Shown: one piece after another, positions 51,271-64,000 of the stretch | Position numbering within the stretch: position 1 is the stretch's first letter | Layout of the letters: each line of letters begins with the position of its first letter | Origin: Sphyrna mokarran | Lineage: Eukaryota | NCBI GenBank assembly: GCA_024679065.1 | Contig: JAGIQG010000014.1 | Span: forward strand, 6,572,001 to 6,636,000 | DNA: 64,000 nucleotides | Reading direction: 5' to 3' | Translations under genes and position numbers: made by a program | Notes under the pieces: model-generated | What the model was told of the DNA's origin: nothing | The model's input: the letters and a program-made list of their open reading frames with translations, nothing else | The model's database searches: none

Positions 51271-53629
51271 GTAAGTCAAGGTACCATTTGCCTCATAGTT
51301 GCGGAGTATCTCACTGCTCACTGATTCAGCAACTAATTGCGAGACGGTCATTATTGCAATGCCTTTTCTCTGTCGAGTTAAATTGTTGAATATCAGGGAA
51401 AGTCTCAACGGTTCGCATGGCCTCTGAGCTGCGGTTCAGCTCAGAAGAACGTGACACCGGGAGTTTAACTTCCCTCCCCACATTTACGAAGATCGAGCCT
51501 GATTCTCTGCCCTTCCAACAGTTCATAGATATGTATGCGATTTATTTGCAATGACAATCTGTATTCTTACCACTTTAAGATGGCAATACATCGAAATGCG
51601 CTTCTGTGGAAAGCAGAAATCATTGGATGCTATTTCAAGGGATAAAAAAAAAACTATTCAGAAGGCCGCTCCTCTCCTCAAAGATGCAAATCAGTTTTCC
51701 GTTCCGCTATTTCCCGTTCTGTGCCCGACAGTTCCCTTACGCTGGTGATAAAAAGTAGAATCCATCAGTTTCGTACTTATTTCCATTTCAAAATTTATTT
51801 CAATTTTGTCATCTCACTGATTTATTTGAAATGCTAATATGTACTCCTCATGTCGAATGCAGCTCTTGAGATACTCCTCCAAGTAAATTTAAAACACTAA
51901 ATTCAATCGATTGCTCTACCGTGCATCCGGCGCATCACCTGACACAAGCCTCGTGGTAGATGGATTTAGTTGTCAAAAGTGCAGCGAAGGAAATTACTGT
52001 ATAGAAATGAATCAGTTGCTTGGTCGCATTTATTTTATTAATTTGTGATATGTGGGCATCGATGTCCTTTATTGGTCATTCCTCATTGCCCTTAGGATGA
52101 GGGTGGTGAGCTGTCTTCCTGATTCGCTGCGGTCCAAGTTATAAGTGCACCCACAGTGCTGGTAGAGGGAAAGAGAGTTCCAAGAATTTGGCACAACTAC
52201 AGTGAATGAGTGGCGATATATATTCCACTCAGTTTTGTCACTGTCTTTGGGAAAACGTTAAGATGGTGTTATTCCCATATATCTGCTGCCCGTCACTTTG
52301 TAAATGGTAGTGGTTGAGAGTTTAGTATAATTCTGTGTAAGGTGCCTGGTGAGTTCCTGTAAATGCTGCTCACCGCTGCTACAGAGCGTCTGCGGTTGAG
52401 GTCGTTATCATTTTGTGGATGATTAACAACCCAACTGCCTGCTTCGTCCTTCATTGTCTGGAGCATTTTGAATATCCTTGGAGCCGCCCTCGTGCAGGAT
52501 AGTGGAGAGTATTCCATCACTCCATCAACTTATAAATAGTGCACAGGTTTTTGAGAGACAAGGGGTCAGCTAATTATCGCATGATTTCTAACCGTTGAGT
52601 TGCTGCTCTGGACGCTATTTACTCGCTAAAATAAGCATTTGTTGAGATTTGAAGCAAACGTAGGGAATGCTTAAAAAAACAATGACTGTTTTCTCCCTCA
52701 ACGGAAGCTGCCAGCCCTGCTGAGATTTGTTAAACTTTATTTTCATATCGCTCGTTCCGTTCAGATTGTGTTTGTGGTTGATGCTAATAGTTGCAGATTC
52801 CGTGATGGCATCGAATGTAGAGGGGAAATGCTTAGATTATGTATTGTTATAGGCGGTCATTGCCTGAAACGTGCGTGACACAACCATCATTTGGAACTTG
52901 TCAGCCCAAACTTGGATGTTGTCCTGATCTTGCTGCAATTGGACATGGGCTGTCTTGGTATCTGAAGATTCGCGTGCGATATTATATATTGTAGAGTCAT
53001 GAATGATCATTCCCACTTCTGACCGTGTAGTGGAAGAAACGTCACGATGAAGCAGCTGAAGATGTTTGAGCTTGTGACACTCACTGAGGAAATGAAAAAG
53101 AAAAACTACAATTTATTGAGGAAACCGAAATTTTCTTTCTGGGGATTTTCCCCAGGGCATGCAGAATAAGTGTGATTTCGACTTAGGGTGAATGGAGTCT
53201 CAGACCAGTGTCACGGGTGATGCTTACTGTAATTAAATCGATATGGATGCAAGGAGGCTGATCCCAGATCACCTGGTTTATTCAAATCTCCGAAATCAAA
53301 TTGATCTCATTAGAGACTTGTTTTTTTTTGTTGTCTATGGTGCTGAGGTGAACTTTCCATTAACATTCTGTCGACGGAATCCGGCGACCCTTCCCTCAAC
53401 ATGTGGAAACGATTACACTTAAATTATTGCAATGGGGAAAGCATTGAGTGCCTCAATATTGAGTTTATGGTGATCTATTTCAGTAAATATATCGCCTCTG
53501 CTCGTATGATCAACAGAATGAGTCCGTGACATTAACTGATTAAAAGTGCACCCAAACATTTCATTGAAGTATGCTTTGACTGTCATCAGACTGCGTCCGT
53601 TACTTGGTTCTTCTCTCTCGTTCTTACAG

Positions 53630-54561
53630 CGAATTTCGTGACCATTGTGATCCTCGCCAAAGGAAATTGCGGCCTTTCCAGATGTGTCTCTATCTACATG
53701 GTGGCCATGGCAATAGCAGATTTGTTGGTGATGGTCATCAATATAATTTTGTATAATCTTCTAAGAAAACGTTTTCCAAATTCATTCCTCTCCTACACTG
53801 TTGTTTGCAAATTAATGATATTTATGATTTGTAATAACCTGTATATGTCAGTATGGTTTACAGTCTCATTCACGTTTGACCGATATATTGCCATATGCAG
53901 TCAGAAGTTTAAAACAATCTATTGCACAGCGAGAACAGCGGCTGCAGTTTTAACAACAGCCACGGTCCTTATCTATTTACAGAACATGTACGTTTGGTTT
54001 GCATATAAAGAGAGAAGTACAGTAAATGGTGTTCAATGGGGTGTCCTCCCGAAACAAGATTTTTATACTTCTCACACTGGTGTGACAGTCAGGTGGTTAC
54101 AAAGTATCTTATTGAACTGGATTCCCTTCATTTCGATATTACTACTTAATTTTTTGACAATCAGACGGATTTTGTTGTCCAGCAAAGTCCGTGCGGGCCT
54201 CCGGGGTCAAAGCAGTGAGAATCAGAATGATCCAGAGATACAGAACCGAAGGAAGTCTATTATTTTATCGTTCACTATTTCTAGTAGCTTTCTACTGTTG
54301 TGGCTGACAGCAGTCATTAGTAATTTAGTCTCTGGTACAATCGTTCATAACCGGCCGGATTATACATCCCCTGAGTATATTGCCACTGAAACCGGAGCTT
54401 TCCTCCTCCATTTAAGTTCATGCACAAACAGTTGCATTTATGCAGTTACACAAGTTAAATTCAGAGAAGAGCTGAAGAAGATCGTGAAATCTCCTTGGAC
54501 AATGATTCTGATGTTGCAAAAATATGTAAAATTAAATCTAGTCTTCCTGTTCAGGCAATAG
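53630..54561 (+). CDS. GPR139/GPR142-like class A GPCR, copy A-right, coding exon 2
   Basis: Acceptor ttcttacag ends at 53629; translation identical to A-left. Confidence 0.92.
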
Positions 54562-54612
54562 TGAAGTACACGTTTAAATGCCGGCCTTCTTGCCACAAAA
54601 AGCGTCTCTTTA

Positions 54613-54618
54613 AATAAA
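54613..54618 (+). terminator. Putative polyadenylation signal of GPCR A-right (mirror 10901-10906 on -)
   Basis: AATAAA ~50 nt after the stop codon. Confidence 0.55.
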
Positions 54619-56018
54619 GGATATCAGAAGCATTGTTCCACTCTGTTGTATCTTCTGCCTCCTATTGCTATCCGCCGTTGACTGTTGGTGTTTTCTTCTG
54701 TAACGGCTTACTCTCAGTCAGTGAGAACATGAATGATGTATTTCTAATAGTGGATTAAAATATGTTTGCATCAGTCCTAATTACGCTGCATGTATGTACA
54801 GTTTTATGATGCATGTACCATAGATCTATAAACATAGACAGGGATCACGGGTAGAAGTGAGAACATCGGGGTGGCGGCGCGGGCTCGTTGGGCCGAAGGG
54901 TCTGTTTCCCGTGCTGTTTTGTTCTTTGTTGCTTTTTTGTACCACGATAAATCGCAGGTACTTTCTTGCATCGCATTTATTGCATTACCTCAGGAACCAT
55001 CTTGCATCCGATTACTGACTTAAACCGGAGGAACTGCGTTGCACTTAGTTAATACTCATACCGCAGATATTGACTACACAGCAGGTCCAACAGCAGATAC
55101 TGCGCACACTAAAGCGACTATCGTATACCGGGGGTACCACCTTACACGATCGGCTCACCGCTGGTAATGTCTTAAACCGTAGGTACTTTATTGCACTACA
55201 GGAACAGCCCTGCACTTCAGGGACGGTCTTGAACCACAGATACCGCCTTATGCTGCGGCTGGTGTCTGACATCTCAGGCACTGCCTTTTTCATGACGTAC
55301 AGCCTTACATCGCAGGCAATGCAATACATCATAGTTTCTCCCTTAAACCGCAGTCGCTGTCTTGTACCAGATGGTGCCTTACACCGCAGTACAACCTTGC
55401 AATATAGGTATTGCGTGAAACCGCGGATGTTCCATTACAACCCTAAGTGGGGCATTGCACCAAACATTCCGTTTCACACTTAAACTACTTGCTTACGCTA
55501 CGGATACACAGTAGGGTTACACGTCAGGTAGCGCATAATGCATAATAGGTATGCATTATATTGCAAGCATTGTCTTGCACCACCGGTTTTGCCCTACGCC
55601 ACTGGTGTTACACCGCAGCAAACCTCTAATATTCTTCCTTATGAAAGAGATATGTCTTCCACCAATGGTTCTGTCACACATCACAGGTACTGCATTATAT
55701 TACACTTTGTGGTTACAGAACAGTCTCTGACTAATTCCGCAGTGAATGCCTCACACCAGTGGTTCTCCTTGAAAGCACAGTTATTTTCTTACACAATAAT
55801 ACTAACTTCAACCACAGATACTTCCTTGAACCACAGACACTGCACTGTACAACATTTTTTACATGGAAGCTACTTCCTTGCAAACACAATTTTGCCTTAC
55901 GCCACAAGTATTTAATTGCACCATAGGTTCTACCTTTTACAGGAGCTACTGATTTACACTACAGATACTGCAACTCCTGTCTTATACCGCAGATTCTGCC
56001 TTACACTGCAAGTATAAT

Positions 56019-56460
56019 AGAACATAGAACATAGAACATTACAGCACAGAACAGGCCCTTCGGCCTTCGATGTTGCGCCGACCAATATAAAAAGCAATGC
56101 CCTTCCGAACTAAACCATTCCCTTCTCTTCCATATACTTATCAACTAACCTCTTAAAACGCTACCAAACTTGGCGCATCTACAACTGCTGCAGGCAGGGC
56201 ATTCCACTCCCGAACCACCCTTTGGGTAAAGAACCTACCTCTGATATCCGTCCGATAAATATCACCCCTTAATTTAAAGCTGTGTCCCCTCGTGCGTGCT
56301 AGCTTTCTCCATCCTAGGAAAAAGGCTATCGCTGTCCACCCTATCTAAACCTCTAATCATCTTATATGTTTCGATTAGGTCCCCTCTTAGCCGCCTCCTT
56401 TCTAACGAAAACAACCTCAAATCGCTCAGCCTCTCTTCATAAGACCTGCCCTCCGTACCA
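56019..56460 (-). mobile_element. CR1 3' fragment (mirror of 9066-9500)
   Basis: (agaacat)n tail at 56019 followed by the reverse-complemented CR1 end. Confidence 0.93.
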
Positions 56461-59400
56461 GATGCTCACCTAAACCAATCCATGTCAACACTAAAATGCA
56501 GATAGAGCCAGTCCATACTCCCTTTGATTAGTAACTACATCCTGTTTCTGAACGTTTGTTTTGCAGAAGTCAGCAGGGGAGCACAAGCAAAGACAAACTA
56601 TCAACAGCTACAATAACCAATCATTTTGAGACTGAAAAATACAAGTCAATTTTAGTATACTAAGGAGAGGTCATTACCAATACATTGTTCTACATCACAA
56701 ATTGACTTGAAGTTTGTACTGCACTCTTGTTAAGTGATAAAATATTCCTGCTATGCATTTACAGTATGTAGTTTTACAGGGGCTAATTTAAATTTCTTTT
56801 CACTGTAAATGAAAAGGAATGATAGTCGTGTTCAAAAGGGCATAAAATTATTCATTATTCATGGAAATACATTAAAGGGAATAGTGCACTATCCACTTTA
56901 TCTACAAGCATAGACTCGAATCACTTAAGCATTACAACTGTTTCTTACACACTCAAAACGAAACAGACATTAAACCAGACCCCATGCCAAAGAGAATCAA
57001 TAGATTTAATTTACTTTTCACAGCTATTTATACAGTTCAATACTCCATCATAAAAATAAATGGAGGTAAGAGACTTGAATTCAGATCTCCAATATTATCT
57101 TCCAAATATGCCAGCATTAAAATCCATTTTGAATGAGACCAGAGTTTTTGTCTTCACTACTTAACCTGGATGCCAAGAGTCCAAGGCTCTAGCAAGATGC
57201 CAACACAGTGTAAAGCTCAGTTATAATCACTTCCAAGTGAATAATCTCTTTCATTAAGTGTAATAATCACCACCTTGAAGCTAGTCCAGCAGGATAGTTT
57301 TCACAAATTAGTTCTCAGTCTGTTGGACCAGAGAAGTTTCAGACTTGATCTCTGGCCTAACATAGATGATTAAAGTATGGATGGAGGGGGCAAACAAAGT
57401 AATGCATGCTATACCTCCTCCTCCTGAATGCTGTTTTTATCACATGCTGATAAGTATGTTTATGTAAATATCATCAGAGACCACTATCAGATTGGCAGCC
57501 AGGTCAGTTAATTAGTCTTGCCAGTATTCAGCATCTAGGCTTTGACGAGAAAAAAAGCAGGAAAGTATCAAAGAATTACTAGTCTTTGTGGAACTGTGCA
57601 CCAACTTAAACAGATGCAGCTTTAAATTCACATAGATGCTTTTTCACGTCCTAACTTTCAATCTTGCTTTGCAGTTTTTGACAGTCAGGCTCTGATTAAG
57701 AAGTGGAGGAATGGCAGTGAAAGTGATCTGTTTCAAGGACTCTGGCAAGTTTGCCCTGAAACATGTTTAGATGTGTACATGAGTGGCCTGTAATATGTTC
57801 TCTTTCATGGAGAAGCACTCATTGTTACTTAGTATTCGCTCTCTTAACCATCAATCAAACCAAAAAACCTACAATAGCAGTGAACCACTACTTTTTTTAC
57901 ATTTTCCTAAATGACTATTATGAACAAATGATTACACAATGCTGTTCTAAGACTATAATTACATATTTTAAAGGATTTAAAGAAAAAGTGCCATTTTTGT
58001 TCTACAAACTTAGCCAGCACACTCTCCTCTTCAATTCCATGTAATACACCCACCAAGTCGGCACTAATGTCAAAGAGCTTGGAGCATTGTAAGTTAACAT
58101 TTAGAGCACGAAGAGACTAATTTTGGTCTCATTAACATTCAGTGATAAATGCTATATTTTATTGGAATCTAAGGTCGGTTTTTTAATGAGACTCAGTGAA
58201 ACATTAGTTATGCAGCAGGAAGTAATGGAAATACACAGCAGGCCAGTCAGCATCTGCTGAGTAAACCATTGATACCTTGGACTTGTATCCTGCTTCAGAA
58301 CTAAAAGACATGTACAAGTTTAAAACATTGATCATCTTGTTTGCTTCACAGGTGCTAACTGACTTGTGTCCCCAGCACTTCTGCTTACAGTTCTTTTTAT
58401 TGTTGCATTGGTTAGTTTATCATCTCAGATTCTATTCATATTTTTACTTTGAAGGTTAAACTTTGGAAACAAAAATAAGCCTAGTAATAACATTTTTCTT
58501 AATAAAATCTAAATTACACTGATTCTGCATTGTGTGTTTTCAAGATATTTGTGGCATTATTTGGATGCCTTTGTTAATATTGTAGCTTATAAGGTACTAC
58601 AAAAGACACTAACTCACACTGCCTTAAAACCGCAGTGTCTATGCAAACTGCAAGTATTACGTGGAACCGCAGATGTTGCATTACACCACAAAACTTAAAC
58701 TAAAGCTACTTTATAACGCCACGGGTACCAGCTTGTACTGTAAACACTGCCTTACACCGCAAGTACTTCCTTACATTGCCGGCACTGCGTTGCAGCAATA
58801 GCATGCCTTCCACCACAGGAACATCCTCAAAGCACACGTACTGCGTTATATCGCATGTACTGCCTTTCAATGCGTGCATTGTCTTTACTGCAAGAACTGC
58901 ACTACCACTTTCTAACAAGGGTACTGCCTTACACTGCGGGGATACAACTTCAGCTCCGGCAATGTCTTACACCACATGAAAGGCATCGCACCAGGGTATT
59001 ACCATATAGCAAATCCACTTATTTACAGTGCAGGTCCTGTTTTAAGGCAGCAGAGTCTGTTATAGACCAACATTGCTAACGTACGTCACAAGTTATGCCT
59101 TACACCATAGGTAATTACGTGCATGTTTGACACTGTAGGTACTGCCTTCACCAGAACTACTGCCTTCACTGCAGGTGGGGAATCCCTCAGACCGGAGGTA
59201 CTGCTTTGCACAACAGGTATTGCCTTCGGCTACAGAAACTGCCTTCACATCAGACGCTCCATTACACAAAGTTAGTGTCTTACATCAATGGTACTGAGTG
59301 GCACAGCATCCAAGAACTTACATTGAGTTACTGACTTATTCTACAGCTGTCGCCTTTTACCACAAGTCATGTCATACACGCAGGTACTTTCTTCAGTGCA

Positions 59401-62400
59401 GGAACTACCTTCACTACACGCAATTGCCTTGCACCACAGATAATGCCTAACACCTCAGTTCCATTTTTGCATACAGGCGCTGTCTTCCACCACAGTTGAT
59501 ATCTTAACCACAGGGACTGCCTTACACCACAGATGCTGCATAATATTGGACCTACTTCCTGATACCGTAGGCGCTGTCTTACTGCACATGCACTGCCCTG
59601 TACTGCAAGCACTGCATAGCCCCACAAGTACTGCCTAAGGCTACAGATGATCCCTTGCATCGCGGCTACTGTCTTAGGCGCACGTGGTAACTTAAACCAA
59701 AAATTCTGTATTACACCACAGGCACCACTTTGCGCCAGCTACTGCTAATGACCTCAAGTAGTGGCTTACACTTCCAAGATGTGCTTTAAGAAACGTAAAT
59801 TTAACCGTGTTATTTCTAACATAATAAACAAGCATCGAGCAGCCTGACTAACTGTCAGTTGAACGCTCCTCAAATAGTTAAATTGCGTTTTGTTTATTTT
59901 TAATCTGGACCGACTGCATTCTCTTGGAGTTTTTTTTTTTGGCAATTTTGGAATTGCTGCGCAAACACGTTGGACAAGTCGCAAGATTCTTTCACATTTA
60001 CTTTTGTTTGCTGGTTATTCCGAAGTTGCCTGGACTCGAGGCTGGATTTTCCCTCTCCTCTCTCAAACAATTCTGCTAGTTAGTTTGAAATACTGTTTCT
60101 TACTTTTCTGGAGTGAACGTTTTGCTGTTGTTGGTTTGCCAGCTGGAGAAAAGCAATGGCACTATCTCCACTTCGAGGGGCTGTGAGTTCCAGAATGGAG
60201 AAGCGGGTGTTTCTTTTCTCCATCCAAATAACTAACAACGACAGGTCTTGCAGAGCTGAAAACTCCTTGGGCATTCATATTTTTTTTGCAAAATCGAAAG
60301 TAGGGACGTATGTCCGTAAGCATGTTGTATTTGTACAGTACATTGAGCTGTTAAGGTTTATACAATACCTTGGTTGTTTGTTTTCTTGTTGGTAATTGCT
60401 AAAAATTAATTTGCTAATCTTCTTTCTAAAATTAAGTTTGTGAGACACAAGCTCACCAGTAGGTCATTTAAGTCATACTTGGAGTGAAACATCTCACGCT
60501 TACGAGCGCTAAATTCAATGTGCAAAACACATGGTTCAGGCAGACTTCATTAAATGCATTCAAATTTCTGACCTGGATCACAACACATTGTACCACCGGA
60601 AACCGCAAGTACTGGCGTGCACTGCAGTTGCTGTTACACTATAAGTGTTCTCTTACACCAAAGCTATTTCCTTTCATCGTAAGTTCTACGATACATCTTT
60701 ACACCGCAGGTACTGATTGCTCCAAAGGTACTGCGTTGCACCATTCACGAGTCCACGTAGTGCAGGTATTGCCTTACACTACATCTGCTGCCTTCCAACG
60801 TGGATACTGTCTTCAATACAACACCTTGAAATTTCTGATCGGGATTATAACACAGGTACCATTAGAAACGGAAAGGACTGCTTTACACCGTAGCTGCTGT
60901 ATTACAAAAACAAGTTACTGTCTTAGACCGCGGGGAATGCTTTCACCTTAGATATTGCCATACCGCAATGTATTCCCTTCTTCACAGGAATTCCCTTCAC
61001 TGCAGAAAGAGGCTTTCATTGCAGGTTTGCATTATACCATATGTTTACATAACTAGCATAGCCTCACAACGAAAAATGCTGCCTTGCACCGCGGATAGTA
61101 CCTTACACGACAGGACGTGACTAACAACACAGGTATATTTTTGCATTACAAATTGTGACTTACATCACAGGTTCCGCACCATAAATGTTAAATGTACATG
61201 GCAGCTGCCACCTGATGCTTCATGCGACCCCCTAGTTTAGTGCCAAATGAAAGAGTTTAAAATGACACTGATCATTCCATCCTTGTTATTTGTCTCCAAA
61301 TCGCAAATTCATCCATGTACTGCGCGTTTAAGTATTCTGTTCTACCTTGTCTTAGCTGAAATCACCTGTTCAGAATTCGTTAACATGCATGGATCTGATG
61401 TCGATTGAGAATCTGGAGAATGTCAAAATGTGCAGTTTAACCAGTTGATTAGTAGCTTCCTCCAGGAGATTGCTGTATCTTTACGTTACTGAGCGGCAGT
61501 AATTTCTGATATAGTTTGGCAGCTGCAGCAATGAAAGGGGAAATGCAGAGCAGATACCAGTCAAACAACTGGGACCCCTCCATTTGAAAGACCTTGCCAG
61601 AAAATTAATCAATGCATCTAGTTCAATGTTGCACACCGGTTGACCTTCAAAGACGCTGTGCGTATATAACTACGAAGCAACCAACATGTAATTTGCATGG
61701 TGATGTCCTAAACATTAGCTCAAAAATATGCTCAGTCATATGTGCAACATCGCTACAAAAAGAAAATATCAGGAAGAGTGAGTACATGCATCAACCCCAA
61801 CTGTTATATTCTCGTGTTATATACATACGAAGATTCATTAAACAGACTATGGACAACACTTTGTATCCATTACTGGGATGGGAAACTGTGGGCCTCGATA
61901 TAATTTCGTGTTCATCTCATATCATTCCTGAGAGCGCATTTTGCATTCCATTAGGTTGTCCTGGCTTGGAATAGAGACTCCAACAGGTCGGGGTAACATG
62001 TTTTTTTTTACTATCTAACAGGCATACATGAACGAGAAAGCTATGTACGACAATCCACTCATGGTCATCACAGAGATTTTGAAATAATATTGTTTCCAAA
62101 TCCCACAATATGAAGGTATTCTAAACCAGAAATCACACTATACGATCTGGAATGCTATCTCGGGATTAAAATGCCACAAGTCAACGGCAAACTGGAGTAC
62201 ATTGAATCTTGGCAATAGCATGTTTATTGATTTTCTTTTTCTGTTTGGATATCCTTCTTCCTTCAACTTTTCAAACTAAGTAGCAAATAATTGACACTTT
62301 AAATCATCAATGACCACGACGGATACTGCATCAACGGTCAGTATCAGTATTAGTATGCAACCTATTTTAAAATACAGTATTCCATATTCATATCTATCTT

Positions 62401-64000
62401 CCAAGATGGCGCTGGAGCGAGGCGGCTTCTTGCAAGCTGTGTCCAGCATGTGTTCTTTTTTTTTACTCTTCTCACTTGTTTCTAAAACTTCATTCTCGGT
62501 GTTTTCAACTCTCCAATATTGCTTGAGTGCCATATCTTTCTGATTTGAAAGACACCCTGGAGACACCCGATATGGAACTGAAGCGGAACAGCTGTCCACG
62601 TGTGAGAAGCAGCAGGCGCCGCAGCCCCAGAACCGGGTTTTCCTCCAGAGCGGTTTCCAGAGACCAGGGAAACGCCCGATAAGTCTGGGCCTACACACGG
62701 CGTACTTACAAAGCCTCGAAGAAAGCCGAGGGAGCGGGGTCCTGCATCCTGCTAGTCACCAACGACCAGACATACATCCTTGGGGATGGGGTCTTCTCCA
62801 GCACCCCTCATCGCACACTCCCCAATCCCTCTGAACCTACAGCTGCAACCTCCTGCAGGCTCCAATCACTCTGCCCCTCCCCCTATAACCCCATCTGCAT
62901 TCGTCCCACACTCCAGAAAATAAACTCTCACAGCCCCATAATCACTAACACTGCTGTTTTAAAGTTCAATTGCAGATCTAAAGAACCCATGACTTCTGAA
63001 GGACTGGCTTATTCGGTAACATATTGCCCGGTGTTTCAGAGATGTAATTGACTGACTTTTTCCCTCTGGTTACTCATCAGTAAGTTTCACAGAGGCTACT
63101 TCAAGACACAGCCCAGAATAAAGAACATTCATCCTGGCATCCGCAGGAGAGGTAAGTGTCGACTTCCATTCAACAATTACAGTCATGCTTTTTTTAGAAA
63201 AAAAACACACTAAAGTAGTTCAACAGCAATAAATTTGCATACTTTTGTGAACTCTAGTTTTCTCTTCTCTGGGTTGATGGTGGACGGTGCATGACGTCAT
63301 TGGAAAGGCGGACATGATGTAATTGAGGAGAGTTTGGGGCTGATTTGAAGGTGAGCATCCTTTTTTTGTTCAGTTATGGCTTGGGGACGCTGCTGGTAGA
63401 AATCATAATTTGCTATTAATCCCAAATTGTTCTTCAGAGAACAGTTAATTGTCAAATAGATTGCAGTATGTCTGGACTGTCATGCAGACGATAGTGGGTG
63501 AGGGTGGCATGTTTCTTTCCCTTTTGGCTTCAGTGAAGCAGACAGGTAGTTATGACAATCCATTCATGATGATCACTGGATTTTTGAAAAAAAAAATATT
63601 GGTTTGTAATTCTACAATCTGGTGCCATCCGCACACAGAACTCCAGAATATACGTTAGATGCCTGAATTGTTACTACTGGATTATAATACTACTCAGGCA
63701 ACTGCAAAAACGAACTACCCTAAAACTTGTCAGGATGATGACTATTGTTTTTCGTCATTTTTTTCAACGTTCACATTTTCCGATTAAACAGTGAAGAATA
63801 GTCATATTAAATCAACAGAGTCTACAGCAGACCACGCATTGGGGTCAGTTTCAGGATTAAAATGCAATTTGTTTCAAGGTATAGAATTTGATGCTCACAC
63901 ATCAACTTCAGAAAGAGAAATAGAATTGTTTGATAAATTTGAGAATAAGTGATTTGTAAAACACAATTTTAATTGACAGAAACGATAAAGGTGAAAAGTG

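Larger units (their letters stand above)
34190..64000. repeat. Right arm of inverted duplication (continues beyond window)
   Basis: Reverse complement of 1526-31291 with scattered SNPs and small indels; most mirrored ORF translations are identical. Confidence 0.98.

Noticed and set aside
1526-64000. Novel giant transposon with 30-kb terminal inverted repeats around a reverse transcriptase
   Set aside because: The central RT is an ordinary 5'-truncated, disrupted CR1, the arms are host gene-cluster DNA, and no transposase or element ends are visible.
1-64000. tRNA or rRNA genes
   Set aside because: None recognisable; only decayed tRNA-derived SINE heads are present.

Overview
Vertebrate genomic DNA, most likely a cartilaginous fish (shark), judged from the repeat families and the receptor type; nothing here looks prokaryotic. 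Nearly the whole window is one large inverted duplication: the left arm ~1526-31291 is the reverse complement of the right arm ~34190-64000, which runs off the window. A 92-N gap and a decayed CR1 LINE lie between the arms. Each arm holds two older tandem paralogous units (A and B). Each unit carries one two-exon, 333-aa GPR139/GPR142-like class A GPCR transcribed away from the centre. Three copies are intact; the left-arm B copy has three frameshifts. The rest is decayed CR1 and RTE LINEs, SINEs, a probable solo LTR, a Penelope-like end and a degenerate ~19-bp minisatellite. The most interesting signals are the palindromic receptor amplicon (real, or an assembly/haplotype artefact), receptors that lack the ECL2 cysteine and diverge on the extracellular side, and promoters with olfactory-receptor-like homeodomain plus O/E sites. 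All comparisons were made by eye and repeat boundaries are approximate.
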